Part shown: one piece after another, positions 13,176 to 25,142 of the stretch
How the letters are laid out: every line of letters starts with the position of its first letter
Position numbering within the stretch: the first letter of the stretch is position 1
Origin: Nemertoderma westbladi
Taxonomy: Eukaryota; Animalia; Xenacoelomorpha
Assembly: GCA_032718475.1 (NCBI GenBank)
Contig: JAUCBJ010003179.1
Location: 1-64,000 of the forward strand
Length of the DNA stretch: 64,000 bases
Reading direction: 5' to 3'
Translations under genes and position numbers: made by a program
The notes under the pieces: model-generated
Seen by the model: the letters and a program-made list of their open reading frames with translations, nothing else
Databases searched by the model: none
Told to the model about the DNA's origin: nothing

Positions 13176-15539
13176 CTACGCTATGCAGGTTACCAAGCAA
13201 TCACCAGATCAGGGCAGCAGGGTACTACTGGATTCAGTAGGCTAAATATCGGTGACAGACAGAAAAGTCCCCGCCCATATTTTGACTGGGGGGGGGGGGG
13301 GGGGGGTGGAAAAATCCACTAGCTGATTTTTACCCCCTAGCAGCCTAGCCCCTATAGGACAAAAATCTGCTAGCAGGACATTTCCCGCAGATTTTGTGCA
13401 CCTTAATGTTTTGAATTTTGAATCTATTGTATTTATAATAAATTCCCTAACTGATGAATATACCGACAGCAATAACTACAGTCTTCCTTCATGAATTAGC
13501 TATATGAGATAAATAAGCTTTATAAAGAGAACCTCTATCATATCGGCATGTACTGTATCTATGTTCGCATATAGGACCTAAGATCGCAAAGATCTAAGTT
13601 CATCTCACTCAGGCCCTGTAGGATCTAAGTTTGTTTTACCGTTACCAGGGTAGGGTTCTGCTACTGTACAGCTACAGCTGTACAGTAGTAGCAGGCCTAT
13701 TAGCAATCCGGTAGGCGTACGTACATTGGATTACTGGATTAGGGGTACACTGGGGTAGGTGCTAAAATTCACAACGAGCACCAATAACGAACAACAATCT
13801 GACAATGAGCAACAACGAACAACAATGAAATGACAAATGAGCAACAACGAGCTACAATCTGACAATGAGCAATCCAGCAATTTAATTATAAGGGACCGTC
13901 CAAGTATGACGTCAGCACTTTAAGGGGGGGGGGGGGGGGGGGGGTGGGGGGGGTTGCGAAAATCTGATGACGTGCTGATGAGGGGAGGGGGTCAGCCAAA
14001 ATCTGACGTCAGCATGTTTATTTATAGGTGCTAGAAGAGATATAGCAGAAGAGTAAATAGCTTGCCTATTTAATTGTTCGAAGCCCCCCCCCCCCCCCCC
14101 CCCCCCCCAAGGCCCGTAGCACTCACCATGTTTCAGTGATTAGGACGCGTGCTACTGGGGTACTGCGGTACTGGGGTTCGCCTGAAAATGAAACATTAAT
14201 CCTAAGCAATGATTGTTAGAGACTGCAGTACCGGTACGGGTACCTCTACCGGTTCATACTGTCATATAGGCCTATTATTAGCTTATGTTTGTTTATTATC
14301 ATTCATAAACTGCTGTCGCATCAGGTACAAGTATGTAAACGATAGGCTATCCTACTAAAACTCTATACCTTCCTATATAGCTGTATAGATAAGCTATGTA
14401 ACTACAGCCAGCCCCCGTGCATCCCCCCCTCCAACAGTCCAATGCAGTATAATACATTTATCCTGCTGCTGATAATAGTTTATTACAATTTTTTTTTTAA
14501 TCTGATTTGGGGGGGGGGGGGGGGGTCAACGCCTATCTGATGACATCTGATTTAGGGGAGGGAGGTAAGGGCTCGATCGGAGCTCCGGCCTCCGGCTCCG
14601 GCCATTTTGGCACCTCCGGCTCCGGCTCCGGTAAAATATTGCCGGAGTTAATTTTTTAATAAAGTATTATATTTCGTGCATATTCTAATCTGAACAATTA
14701 TTTACACTATAAGTACTGTAGTACAGCTTCAATATCAAGCATAATACTGCAGTATTTACTTAAAGTTAATGACTGACTGACTGTACTGCAGGTCTGGCTG
14801 ACTGGTACTGGCCAGCTGGCTGACTAGCAGACTATTACCAGATTCTGAGATTACAGACTGACAGATAGGCCCTACTGTAAAACATTGTAAATGCTATGAT
14901 TGTTCACTGTACCACTGCCTGACTGCAGCCATTTACTGCTGTGATGCCAGCATACTGTACTGCAGTACTGGTACACGTACGGCTGTACGGTCTGCAGTAC
15001 TGGTACACGTACGACTGTACGCGTACGGTAGACTACTTACAGTACACAGTTAGTGAGTTAGGCTGTTAGGTACCGTACTGTGGGTAATTTTTAGCCGTCA
15101 GCGTCAGGCCGTCTGTCTGTGATGAATTAATTACTTAAATTTTAAATTGAAAATTCGTAAATCTATAAATTATGAAGATGAAAATTACCCCCCTATAGCA
15201 GTATAGGGTATTCCCTGTCATCCGAAATCAGTGAGTCAGAAGACTTAACCGGTACAGCGGTACCTAGTACCTACCAAATGCTGTGTACTGAAATACAGTA
15301 CCAGCAGACTGGTATGTAGAATAGCTTACTGTCTGACTGTAAACTATCAGCCACTGAAATGTGGAACCTTGTAAATGTTAAACCGACAACCGACAAGCCT
15401 ATTACCGATTCTTATAATCAAGTTAAGGATCAGGTTACATCTGTACATGGGCGGGCTTTTCTAACCAAAACAATAAACGTTAGGCCTATAACGTTTAGGT
15501 ATTGTTTTGGAAAAGGCAAAAATAAACAGTAAACGTTTG

Positions 15540-16340
15540 GCGTTTGGGCATATTAGAATGCCTTTTGGGTGGCGTTTGGGTATGTTAGAATGCCGTTTGG
15601 GTGGCGTTTGGGTATGTTAGAATGCCGTTTTGGTGGCGTTTGGGTAAGGTAGAATGCCGTTTGGCTGTTTGGGTAAGGTAGAATGCCGTTTGGGTGGCGT
15701 TTGGGTATGTTAGAAAATGCAGTTTGGGTGGCGTTTGGGTATGTTAGAATGCCGTTTGGGTGGCGTTTGGGTATGTTAGAATGCCGTTTGGGTGGCGTTT
15801 GGTTATGTTAGAATGCCGTTTGGGTGGAGTTTGGGTATGTTAGAATGCAGTTTGGGTGGCGTTTGGGTATGTTAGAATGCCGTTTGAGTGGCGTTTAGGT
15901 AAGGTAGACTGCCGTTTGCAGGTTTGGGTGGCGTTTGTGTAATCTAGACTGCCATTTGGCTGGCGTTTGGGTATGTTGGAATGCCGTTTGGGTGGCGTTT
16001 GGGTATGTTATGTTAGAATGCCGTTTGGGTGGCGTTTGGGTATGTTAGAATGCCGTTTGGGTGGCGTTTGGGCATGTTAGAATGCCGTTTGGGTGGCTTT
16101 TGGGTATGTTAGAATGCCGTTTGAGTGGCGTTTGGGTATGTTAGAATGCCGTTTGGGTGGCGTTTGGGTATGTTAGAATGCCGTTTGGGTGGCGTTTGGG
16201 TATGTTAAAATGCCGTTCGGGTGGCGTTTGGGCATGTTAGAATGCCGTTTGGGTGGCGTTTGTGTATGTTAGAATGCCGTTTGGGTGGCGTTTGGGTATG
16301 TTGGAATGCCGTTTCGGTGGCGTTTGGGTAAGGTAGACTG
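15540..16340. repeat. 32-bp minisatellite in left foldback arm
   Basis: Unit GGGTGGCGTTTGGGTATGTTAGAATGCCGTTT, ~25 copies. Confidence 0.95.
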
Positions 16341-16606
16341 TATTCTTTATTACATATTTATTATGTTTCATTTATTTTATCTTTAATTTTATTTATCTAT
16401 GTTATTTTTCAGATTAATTTTCCAAAGTCAAACCTCCAGGAGGAGAAGAGTGATCTATTTCTGGCAAGCGTCATGGATGTTGACAACACAGTAAACCGGA
16501 ACTGCGTCCATCTGGTAAAAGTTTTGATAACGTCTCCAAAAGTGTCCACGAATCACCGAGTCAACGATTCCTACGAGCAGAAGTCGGCGTCTGTGTTTAC
16601 TTAAGT

Positions 16607-19087
16607 TAGGGTTCGATCGGTGCCAAAATTTTGCCGGTGCCGGTGCCGGTGCCGGTGTCACATTGTAAATGCCGGTGCAGGTGCCGGTGCCGGTGTTTTT
16701 AAATGTTGGGCAAATTTGGCGTAATTCTATTTGAAAACGAAATACTATAAATTTTTGTGTAATCTATGTCTATTACATTAGGCCACACGCACACCTAACC
16801 CTGTCACCTAATGAAATGCAGAAATGAGGCAGTGATGCAGTAAAGTACCACAGTCACAGATTGTCAGAAGGTACAGTTGACAGTAGCTCAGCAATTTCTA
16901 AATTAATATTGTAATAGCTTAACCCAGCTGCCCAGCACACGGGTACAGCAGCAGAGCAACAAGTACGTACAATTCTACAATACTGTAAAATTATGATGTC
17001 ACGCATTTATATAAAATGGTTTAGCTTTACAATAAAATGAATATAAAAGTTTAAATAAAACGATTGCATTAAAATTATATGTGTACAGTTACAGTAGCAG
17101 TCTAGTCCACTAGCCCAATCGGGAAACACAGGCATTTCCAGATTGGGCAATAAATGTTTCCCGATCGGGAAAAATTAACATAAACATTTCTGCGCATTGA
17201 CTGGTTAGGATGCGCATTACAGTTGAGGTGTAGGGATAATCACCTGTCCCTAGTGACCAATGGGTTTGATGCTCATTATGTACTTTTGCTGCTTTAAATT
17301 GCAATGTTTAATATAAGTTAATAAATCTAAGTTTCCTGATCAGGAAATTTATTATTGCCAGATCGGGAAACATTTTAATATTTCTCTAAATGCTTTATTG
17401 CCAGATCAGGAAACATTACAATATCTTCATATTCATAACTACTGGCAGACTGGTACAGGACAGCAGGAACTATACTGCTATACAGCTATAGGCAGATATC
17501 TAAGACCTTCAATCTGACAGTACCTACCACCAGACCACTCTCAGACTCTACTAGTACGCTATCCGCTATATTGTCAAACAGTCTACTGGCTGACTGGACT
17601 GGCAGGTCCATATACCTGACTGCAGTTGAGATTGAGATTATTTATTGAGGACTAATATAGTATTGGAACGAAACAACAACTGGTAAAGATATGCAAGACC
17701 AACTGAAAGTATTTAACAAGGATTTAACACAATATCGAATAAGTTAAAATCACAAATTGAATTTTAAAAAGAATAAGTACCGGTATGTTTGTTAAAATAA
17801 AAGCTCGGTAACACAAATTAATTAAAATCACGAATCGAATTTAGGAATGTATGCAGGCTAAGTTAAAAGTTAAAATCACGCTTAAAATACAGAAATCACT
17901 TCAAAATCAAACCTAAAATCACTTTAAAATCACGCTTAAAATCACATTAAAATTATGCTTAAAATCACTATAAAATCACGCTTAAAATCACTGAAATTAT
18001 TTAATTTATAGTACCAAGCCAATTAATTAAAATCTCAGGTATATTAGCCTCGAGGAATGTCCCTTGCAGCCTTGTGCCTTGAGGTAAAGACCTAGTCTCC
18101 CAGTGGGTCCTCGTTAAAAATATAGGCCTATTAAAAATAAAATTGAACTGCCATTTAAATAGTTATAGGTGATGATCTTAAAAATAGTTCTATGTTAGTG
18201 GTTTGGTTAGTGATAGATAACTCCTCAACTACGATCGGCAACCAGTAGGCGTAACTGCTCCACGTCACGACGTCAGGTAAAACTGCTACTGGCACTCCAG
18301 CCAGAATAACCGAAAACGATCCACTCTAAGAAGTAATCCTGTGACCAGTAGTACAGTAGTACAAGTGCAATATCGCAACTGCAATTATTCCCCAGAAGTT
18401 CACCCAGAATCTGAGAATACCTGTAGTTCAGAACCAGACACCAACCATTGTTGAATCGTGATTTAGCACAGTACAATCAAAAGTTCTTTTAGGAGACATA
18501 ATAAATAATTATATCACTAGGCCTATTGAATTTAACAGTTTAATATATTATAATTATATTAATAATCATTGGCCTACCACAATAAACATAAGAAATACCC
18601 ACCAGTAATGTAAACAGCCTAACATTAATAAATCTGGAAATGGTAAATTATAGTTGCATTGATAGAAATTCATTATTTCCCTATCGGGCAATTGCAATTT
18701 TCCCGATCGGGCAACAATAATTGTTTCCCGATTGGGCTAGTGGACCAGACTGAGTAGGCCTATAGTATTTATATATTACATAAAATACAGAAATAACATA
18801 GTGTATCAGTTTTACACTAAGTAAGGCGTTATGATTCTGGGCTACCAGTCACTAGACTGCTAGACCAGTAGACAGACAGTCAAACAACTATAGCCTTGTA
18901 GCTGACTGATAGCTTAGCCAGGCAGCCAGGCTGTCTGCAGTACCGGTACTGCAGCAGGCTTCAATTTTAACAGCAGCCAATCATTTTAAAAAACACCGGC
19001 ACCGGCAATGTTTTTGCCGGTGCAGGTGCCGGTGCCGGTGGTGCCAAACACCGGCAATACCGGTGCCGGTGCACCGATCGAACCCTA
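16607..19087. mobile_element. Non-autonomous hAT-like element (nest layer 4)
   Basis: TIR TAGGGTTCGATCGGTGC; near-TSD CTTAAG(-)T / CTTAAGAT; empty site visible in the right arm (~20610-20625); subterminal (GCCGGT)n. Confidence 0.9.
17098..18752. mobile_element. Non-autonomous TIR element with 5-bp TSD (nest layer 5)
   Basis: ~31-bp TIR CAGTCT(A/G)GTCCACTAGCCCAATCGGGAAACA; TSD AGTAG (17093-17097, 18753-18757); subterminal ATCGGGAAA motifs. Confidence 0.88.
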
Positions 19088-20889
19088 CTTAAGATTTAGC
19101 CTATGGAATAAGTTCAAACGATGGGTAGAAGCAATCTGAGTCCCAGTAGACTGTTGGTTGGTTCGGAATTCCAGTTGTAGTTGTCGTCTCCTGTCTTTCG
19201 GGCGATCTTCGATGTGCCGAAGTGATGAGATTAACATGAACATTTATCACTCAAAAATAAACATTTCAATTTTTAATAAAATTACGTATAAATAATCAAG
19301 TACCAACTGTTTTCCTATAAAGTGGTGCTTTATGCAGCGTGATATAAATAGTTATATTCTTAATATTGCCTTTCTATTTTTGTAATCGTATTTTTTACTA
19401 AATTATTACATAGTTTCTGTTCTACTAATGTATAAATATTATTTTGGCAAATTCTTAGTAGAAAATAGAGGGCCGACTAGGCAGTAACTTAACAAATATA
19501 GTATTAATTTTCAACAGGGTAGCGTGATATAAATAATTATTCTTAATATTGCCTTTCTATCCCACACTTCAGATTTAGTTTCAGGAAATTGTCAATTTTC
19601 TCCCGGTGTGAGAAAAATGAAATTATACATCTCGGGGTAGGGGCTGGAAAAAGTACCACTTTGTTTTCCATGTAGTAAATACAGTAGTTATTAGTGTGCC
19701 TTGTTGAAATAGACAGTTTGTGTCGTTGACTTTGAAATAATTTGTTGTATATATATTTTTTCAAGTATCATTGCCGCTACTGCTTGAATATTTTCTGCTT
19801 TTCAAGTGTTCCACAAAGTATTAAAATCTTCCCAATATCGTAAAACGTTGCGGGTGTTTGTGCGACCGACGCCAGAGAGTAGATTGATATGAAACGTGGA
19901 TATACAGTTCTATACTAACCAATCAGTGCAATAGTGTGATGGTAGGGGGCGTTGTTTTTCGTTACTAACTTGAACAGTTTGCTGCCCATTCAGTGATTGA
20001 GGTATTACTATTAGGATATTTATTATATTTATTTATTATTATATTACTTAAGAAACATTTTGAATTTGTTAAGTCATTGTGTATTTGATATATTAAAACA
20101 CGTTCTTTACCTTTTCCCCCCTCGATCCGACTTATTTAACTTCTTCGCTGCGCTCGGCCGTTTAATAACAGATTTCGGGACGAACGGTAAATAAAGCATA
20201 TTTTATTTACCGTACAATAAATAGTTAATATTTTAGCCAACTGCAGTAATAGACTAACCAACTAATTTGCCAAAATAATATTTATACATTAGTGGAACAG
20301 AAACTATGTAATAATTTAGTAAAAAATACAATTACAAAAATAGAAAGGCAATATTAAGAATATAACTATTTATATCACGCTGCATAAAGCACCACTTTAT
20401 AGGAAAACAGTTGGTACTTGATTATTTATACGTAATTTTATTAAAAATTGAAATGTTTATTTTTGACGGAAAAATGTTCATGTTCACTTCGGCACATCGA
20501 AGATCGCCTGAAAGACAGGAGATAACAACTACAACTGGAATTCCGAACCAACCAACAGTCTACTGGGACTCAGATTGCTGCTACCCATCGTTTGAACTTA
20601 TTCCATAGGCTAAATCATAAGTAAACACAGACGCCGACTTCCGCTCGTAGGAATCGTTGACTCGGTGATTCGTGGACACTTTTGGAGACGTTATCAAAAC
20701 TTTTACCAGATGGACGCAGTTCCGGTTTACTGTGTTGTCAACATCCATGACGCTTGCCAGAAATACTGTAGATCACTATTCTCCTCCTCGAGGTTTGACT
20801 TTGAAAATTAATCTGAAAAATAACATAGATAAATAAAATTAAAGATAAAATAAATGAAACATAATAAATATGTAATAAAGAATACAGTC

Positions 20890-22100
20890 TACCTTACCCA
20901 AACGCCACCCAAACGGCATTCTAACATACCCAAACGGCATTCTAACATGGCCAAACGGCATTCTAACATATACCCAAACGCCACCCAAACGGCATTCTAA
21001 CATACCCAAACGCCACCCAAACGGCATTCTAACATACCCAAATGCCACCCAAACGGCATTCTAACATACCCAAACGGCATTCTAACATGGCCAAACGGCA
21101 TTCTAACATACCCAAACGCCACCCAAACGGCATTCTAACATACCCAAACGGCATTCTAACATACCCAAACGGCATTCTAACATGGCCAAACGGCATTCTA
21201 ACATATACCCAAACGCCACCCAAACGGCATTCTAACATACCCAAACGCCACCCAAACGGCATTCTAACATACCCAAACGCCACCCAAACGGCATTCTAAC
21301 ATACCCAAACGGCATTCTAACATGGCCAAACGGCATTCTAACATACCCAAACGGCATTCTAACATACCCAAACGCCACCCAAACGGCATTCCAACATACC
21401 CAAACGCCACCCAAACGGCATTCCAATATACCCAAACGCCACCCAAACGGCATTCTAACATAACCAAACGCCACCCAAACGGCATTCTAAGTCTAACATA
21501 CCCAAACGCCACCCAAATGGATTCTAACATACCCAAACGCCACCCAAACGGCATTCCAACATACCCAAACGCCACCCAAACGGCATTCTAACATACCCAA
21601 ACGCCACCCAAACGGCATTCCAACATACCCAAACGCCATTCTAACATACCCAAACGCCACTCAAACAGCATTCTAACATACCCAAAAGCCACCCAAACGG
21701 CATTCTAACATACCCAAACGGCATTCTAACATGGCCAAACGGCATTCTAACATACCCAAACGCCACCCAAACGGCATTCTAACATACCCAAACGCCACCC
21801 AAACGGCATTCTAACATACCAAAACGGCATTCTAACATGGCCAAACGGCATTCTAACATACCCAAACGCCACCCAAACGGCATTCTAACATACCCAAACG
21901 CCACCCAAACGGCATTCTAACATACCCAAACGCCACCCAAACGGCATTCCAACATACCCAAACGCCACCCAAACGGCATTCTAACATACCCAAACGCCAC
22001 TCAAACGGCATTCTAACATACCCAAACGCCACCCAAACGGCATTCTAACATACCCAAACGCCACCCAAACGGCAGTCTAACATTCCCAAACGCCAAACGT
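20890..22100. repeat. 32/21-bp minisatellite in right foldback arm (reverse complement of 15540-16340)
   Basis: Unit AAACGGCATTCTAACATACCCAAACGCCACCC with 21-bp variants; source of the spurious ORFs at 20839-21591. Confidence 0.95.
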
Positions 22101-23302
22101 TTATTGTTAATTTTTGCCTTTTCCAAAACAATACCTAAACGTTATAACGTTTATATTGTTTTGGTTAGAAAAGCCCACACATGTAACCTGATCCTTTACT
22201 TTATTATAAGAATCGGTAATACCCTTGTCGGTGTAACATTTACAAGGTTCCGCAATTGCATTTAACATTTCAGTGGCTGATAGTTTACAGTCAGACAGTA
22301 AGCTATTCTACATAGTCTGCCGGTACTGTATTTCAGTACACAGCATTTGGTAGGTACCGCTGTACCGGTTAATTTCACCGTTTATCTTCTGACTCACTGA
22401 TTTCGGATGACAGGGAGTACCCTATAGGGGGGTAATTTTCATCCGGCAGTTCATTTTTAGTGCCGTTGGGGTACCATTGGGTGCCGTTTGGGTGCCGGTT
22501 GGGTGCGTTTGGGTGCCGTTTGGGTGCCGATTGGGTGCGTTTGGGTAATTAGTCATACCGAATTAATTAGACCTACAGACTACAGTATGATTGATTATGA
22601 GCGATTGGCGAACGATAACCATACTTTATTTTTTTTAAATAAATAAAAATTTTTAAAATTTTTGAAAAACTCCCAGACTCCGGCTCCTGCTCCGGCTCCG
22701 GCCAAATTATCCAGCTCCTGCTCCGGCTCCGGCTCCGGCCAAATCCCAACTCCGATCGAGCCCTAGAGGGAGGGGGTCAACATTTTGGGGAAAAGTGCAG
22801 ACGTCATACTTCGACGGCCCCTAACAACGCAGCAACGAGCAACATAACAATCAGACAATCTTTAGCTGCATACTGGCATCTGGGCATAGGTTTAAACTGC
22901 TAAACAACTACAACCTCGCCTCAATCTGTCAATTACAATTACAGAATTAGAATTGCTGCATGGTAAAACTACCAACAGACCAACTGAGTAGAGTGCGGTA
23001 CTGCTGTACTGAGTACCGTATCTGTCTTGCATGACTTGAGTATTGCATTGCTGCATTGCAGTATTCTGGTATTGACCTACTGAGTGAGTTGAGTCGAGGA
23101 CGCAGGATTAGGCAGTTCAGCAGTTAGCAGGTTAGGTAGATAGGCCTAGTACGATAAACTGACCTAACTGTTAACTTAACTTCAGAACTTTATTAACTTA
23201 ACTTCAGAACTTTATTAACTTAACTTCAGAACTTTACTCTACCGCAGTCCAGTATCTATCCTACTATCTGACTATCAGCAAATCAGTCATCAGACTTTCA
23301 AA

Positions 23303-24838
23303 ATGTCGATATTAAGAATTTCAATGCGATTGCGGCAACAGCAAAGAAGCAAGTCGTATCATCCAGTCGAAAAGAAACCAAAACTAGATTTTATGTCGGA
23401 TCAGATATATGATTTATCTAAGATGGATATTCCAAAAAATGCCCTACCACCAGACGAAATATTTGCCGCTGATGTTAAACTTGCGGAAATAGGTAGGCCT
23501 AAGTTCCGCTTTGCCGATTTCACACTTACAATTTAGTGACCATTTATATTTAGCCTACCTATAGACTATCTGAATTGCTGCGCTTCACGGAGCAGTCCCA
23601 CGCCCACTGAACAGTTTTTCAAGGAGATAGCAGATAGGCTTCATTAAATGGTTTGATTTCCACAACATTGGTCCGAACATTTCGTTGACGGCAGACCACA
23701 TGTTCGGTCCGAGTTGGGCTGCTACCACGTGTTCGGTCCTAGTTGGGCTGCTACCACATGTTCCGTCCGAGTTGGGCTGCTACCACATGTTGTGTCCGAG
23801 TTGGGCTGCTACCACGTGTTCGGTCCTAGTTGGGCTGCTACCACATGTTCGGTCCTAGTTGGGCTGCTACCACATGTTCGGTCCTAGTTGGGCTGCTACC
23901 ACGTGTTCGGTCCTAGTTGGGCTGCTACCACATGTTCGGTCCTAGTTGGGCTGCTACCACATGTTCGGTCCGAGTTGGGCTGATTTATCTTTTCAGATGG
24001 GGAGATTCTAACGTGGTATCCACTGTTTTCCTCCCGTAATTGTTGTTGCAGTTACAATTTTACATGCAAACCAAATACCGGTACAATATTATATAATGAG
24101 TTGGAAGAAAATGCAACGAAACTGAAATTCTAAACTTCTAATTTGTTCTTATAATTTCAGGGTTAAAGCTAAAAGGCATAGTTGATCCATTTGATATGGC
24201 GTTGAAACCGATGGTGGCGGGACTCACACCTGATATGCCGAACCTAGTCCCTTCCTTTGAGGCCCATCGCACTATCGCATGTCTTTGCCATGAAGATAAC
24301 TTTCATTTTAACTACATGATCACGTGGGAAGGTAAGAAACATATCGTGTTTGCCGGAACACGTGGGAAGGTAAGGAACATATCGTGTTTACAGGAACACG
24401 TGGGAAGGTAAGGAACATATCGTGTATGCCGCAACACGTGGGAAGGTAAGAAACATATCGTGTTTACCGCAACACGTGGGAAGGTAAGAAACATATCGTG
24501 TTTGCCGCAACACGTGGGAAGGTGAGAAACATATCGTGTTTGCCGCAACACGTGGGGGGAAGGTAAGAACATCGGGTTGCCGCAACACGTGGGAAGGTAA
24601 GAAACATATCGTGTTTCCCAGAACACGTGATAAGGTTAAAACATAACCTGTTCCTTTGAGTTTCGGTTATTGTTTTGGTTAGAATAACTTAACCTCTGCA
24701 TCTTGCTCCTTGATAATTAAACATTGATACGACATACAAGTGACGAGATATTTGTCAGCAACCTCTGGTGCTTTTCTACGGCATAGAGATGTGTGTCAGG
24801 AAATGTTAGGAAAATTCCAGTGTTTACTTTTAATGTAA
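23303..24838 (+). CDS. Unrecognised spliced gene or pseudogene (4 exons, ~160 aa; may extend further 3')
   Basis: Exons 23303-23492, 23997-24035, 24161-24331 and 24759-24838, all phase-1 GT-AG joins: MSILRISMR..KLAEI-DGEILTWYPLFSS-RLKLKGIVDPFDM..FNYMITWE-ATSGAFLRHRDVCQEMLGKFQCLLLM*. Confidence 0.55.
23695..23981. repeat. 29-bp intronic minisatellite
   Basis: Unit CCACATGTTCGGTCCTAGTTGGGCTGCTA, ~10 copies, ending ~15 bp before the acceptor at 23996. Confidence 0.95.
24321..24640. repeat. 38-bp minisatellite spanning an exon/intron junction
   Basis: Unit CACGTGGGAAG|GTAAGAAACATATCGTGTTTGCCGCAA, 8 copies plus a degenerate ninth. Confidence 0.95.
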
Positions 24839-25142
24839 ATATTTACAGAAATATCCTCATAATAAATTGTTAATTGAACTAAAATTGTGATTGTGACTTT
24901 GTGTTTGGTCATTTTTCGTTTAAACTTAAAAAATTTCGTTTAAATTTCGTTATTACTGCGTTTTCTATTGAAAGCAATTTCGGAAATTAATACATTTTCA
25001 ATTTTAACTCTTCCACAATTATTACTAATACCTCCTGCTATTTTGCCAGTTTATACACATCCTGAAAACGCATAGTGGTGTTGAGGTGCTACGGTGGATC
25101 TTGTGATCCTAATTACTGGTTAGTAGTTAGTTACTTTTCCGA

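Larger units (their letters stand above)
15134..22560. mobile_element. Foldback/MULE-like element with ~1.8-2.2 kb inverted arms (nest layer 3)
   Basis: 15177-16606 plus 19088-19453 is the reverse complement of ~20264-22443; possible 9-bp TSD AATTAATTA (15125-15133, 22561-22569; low complexity); extreme termini asymmetric. Confidence 0.75.
14566..22765. mobile_element. Non-autonomous hAT element (nest layer 2)
   Basis: TIR TA(A)GGGCTCGATCGGAG; 8-bp TSD GAGGGAGG (14558-14565, 22766-22773); subterminal (CTCCGG)n at both ends. Confidence 0.9.
13892..22821. mobile_element. PIF/Harbinger-like MITE (outer layer of nest)
   Basis: TIR GGG(A/G)CCGTC(C/G)AAGTATGACGTC; TAA TSD at 13889-13891 and 22822-22824; the CAACGAGCAAC-rich host sequence resumes after it. 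Confidence 0.88.

Noticed and set aside
20839-21591. Overlapping repetitive ORFs on both strands
   Set aside because: Translations of the 32/21-bp minisatellite
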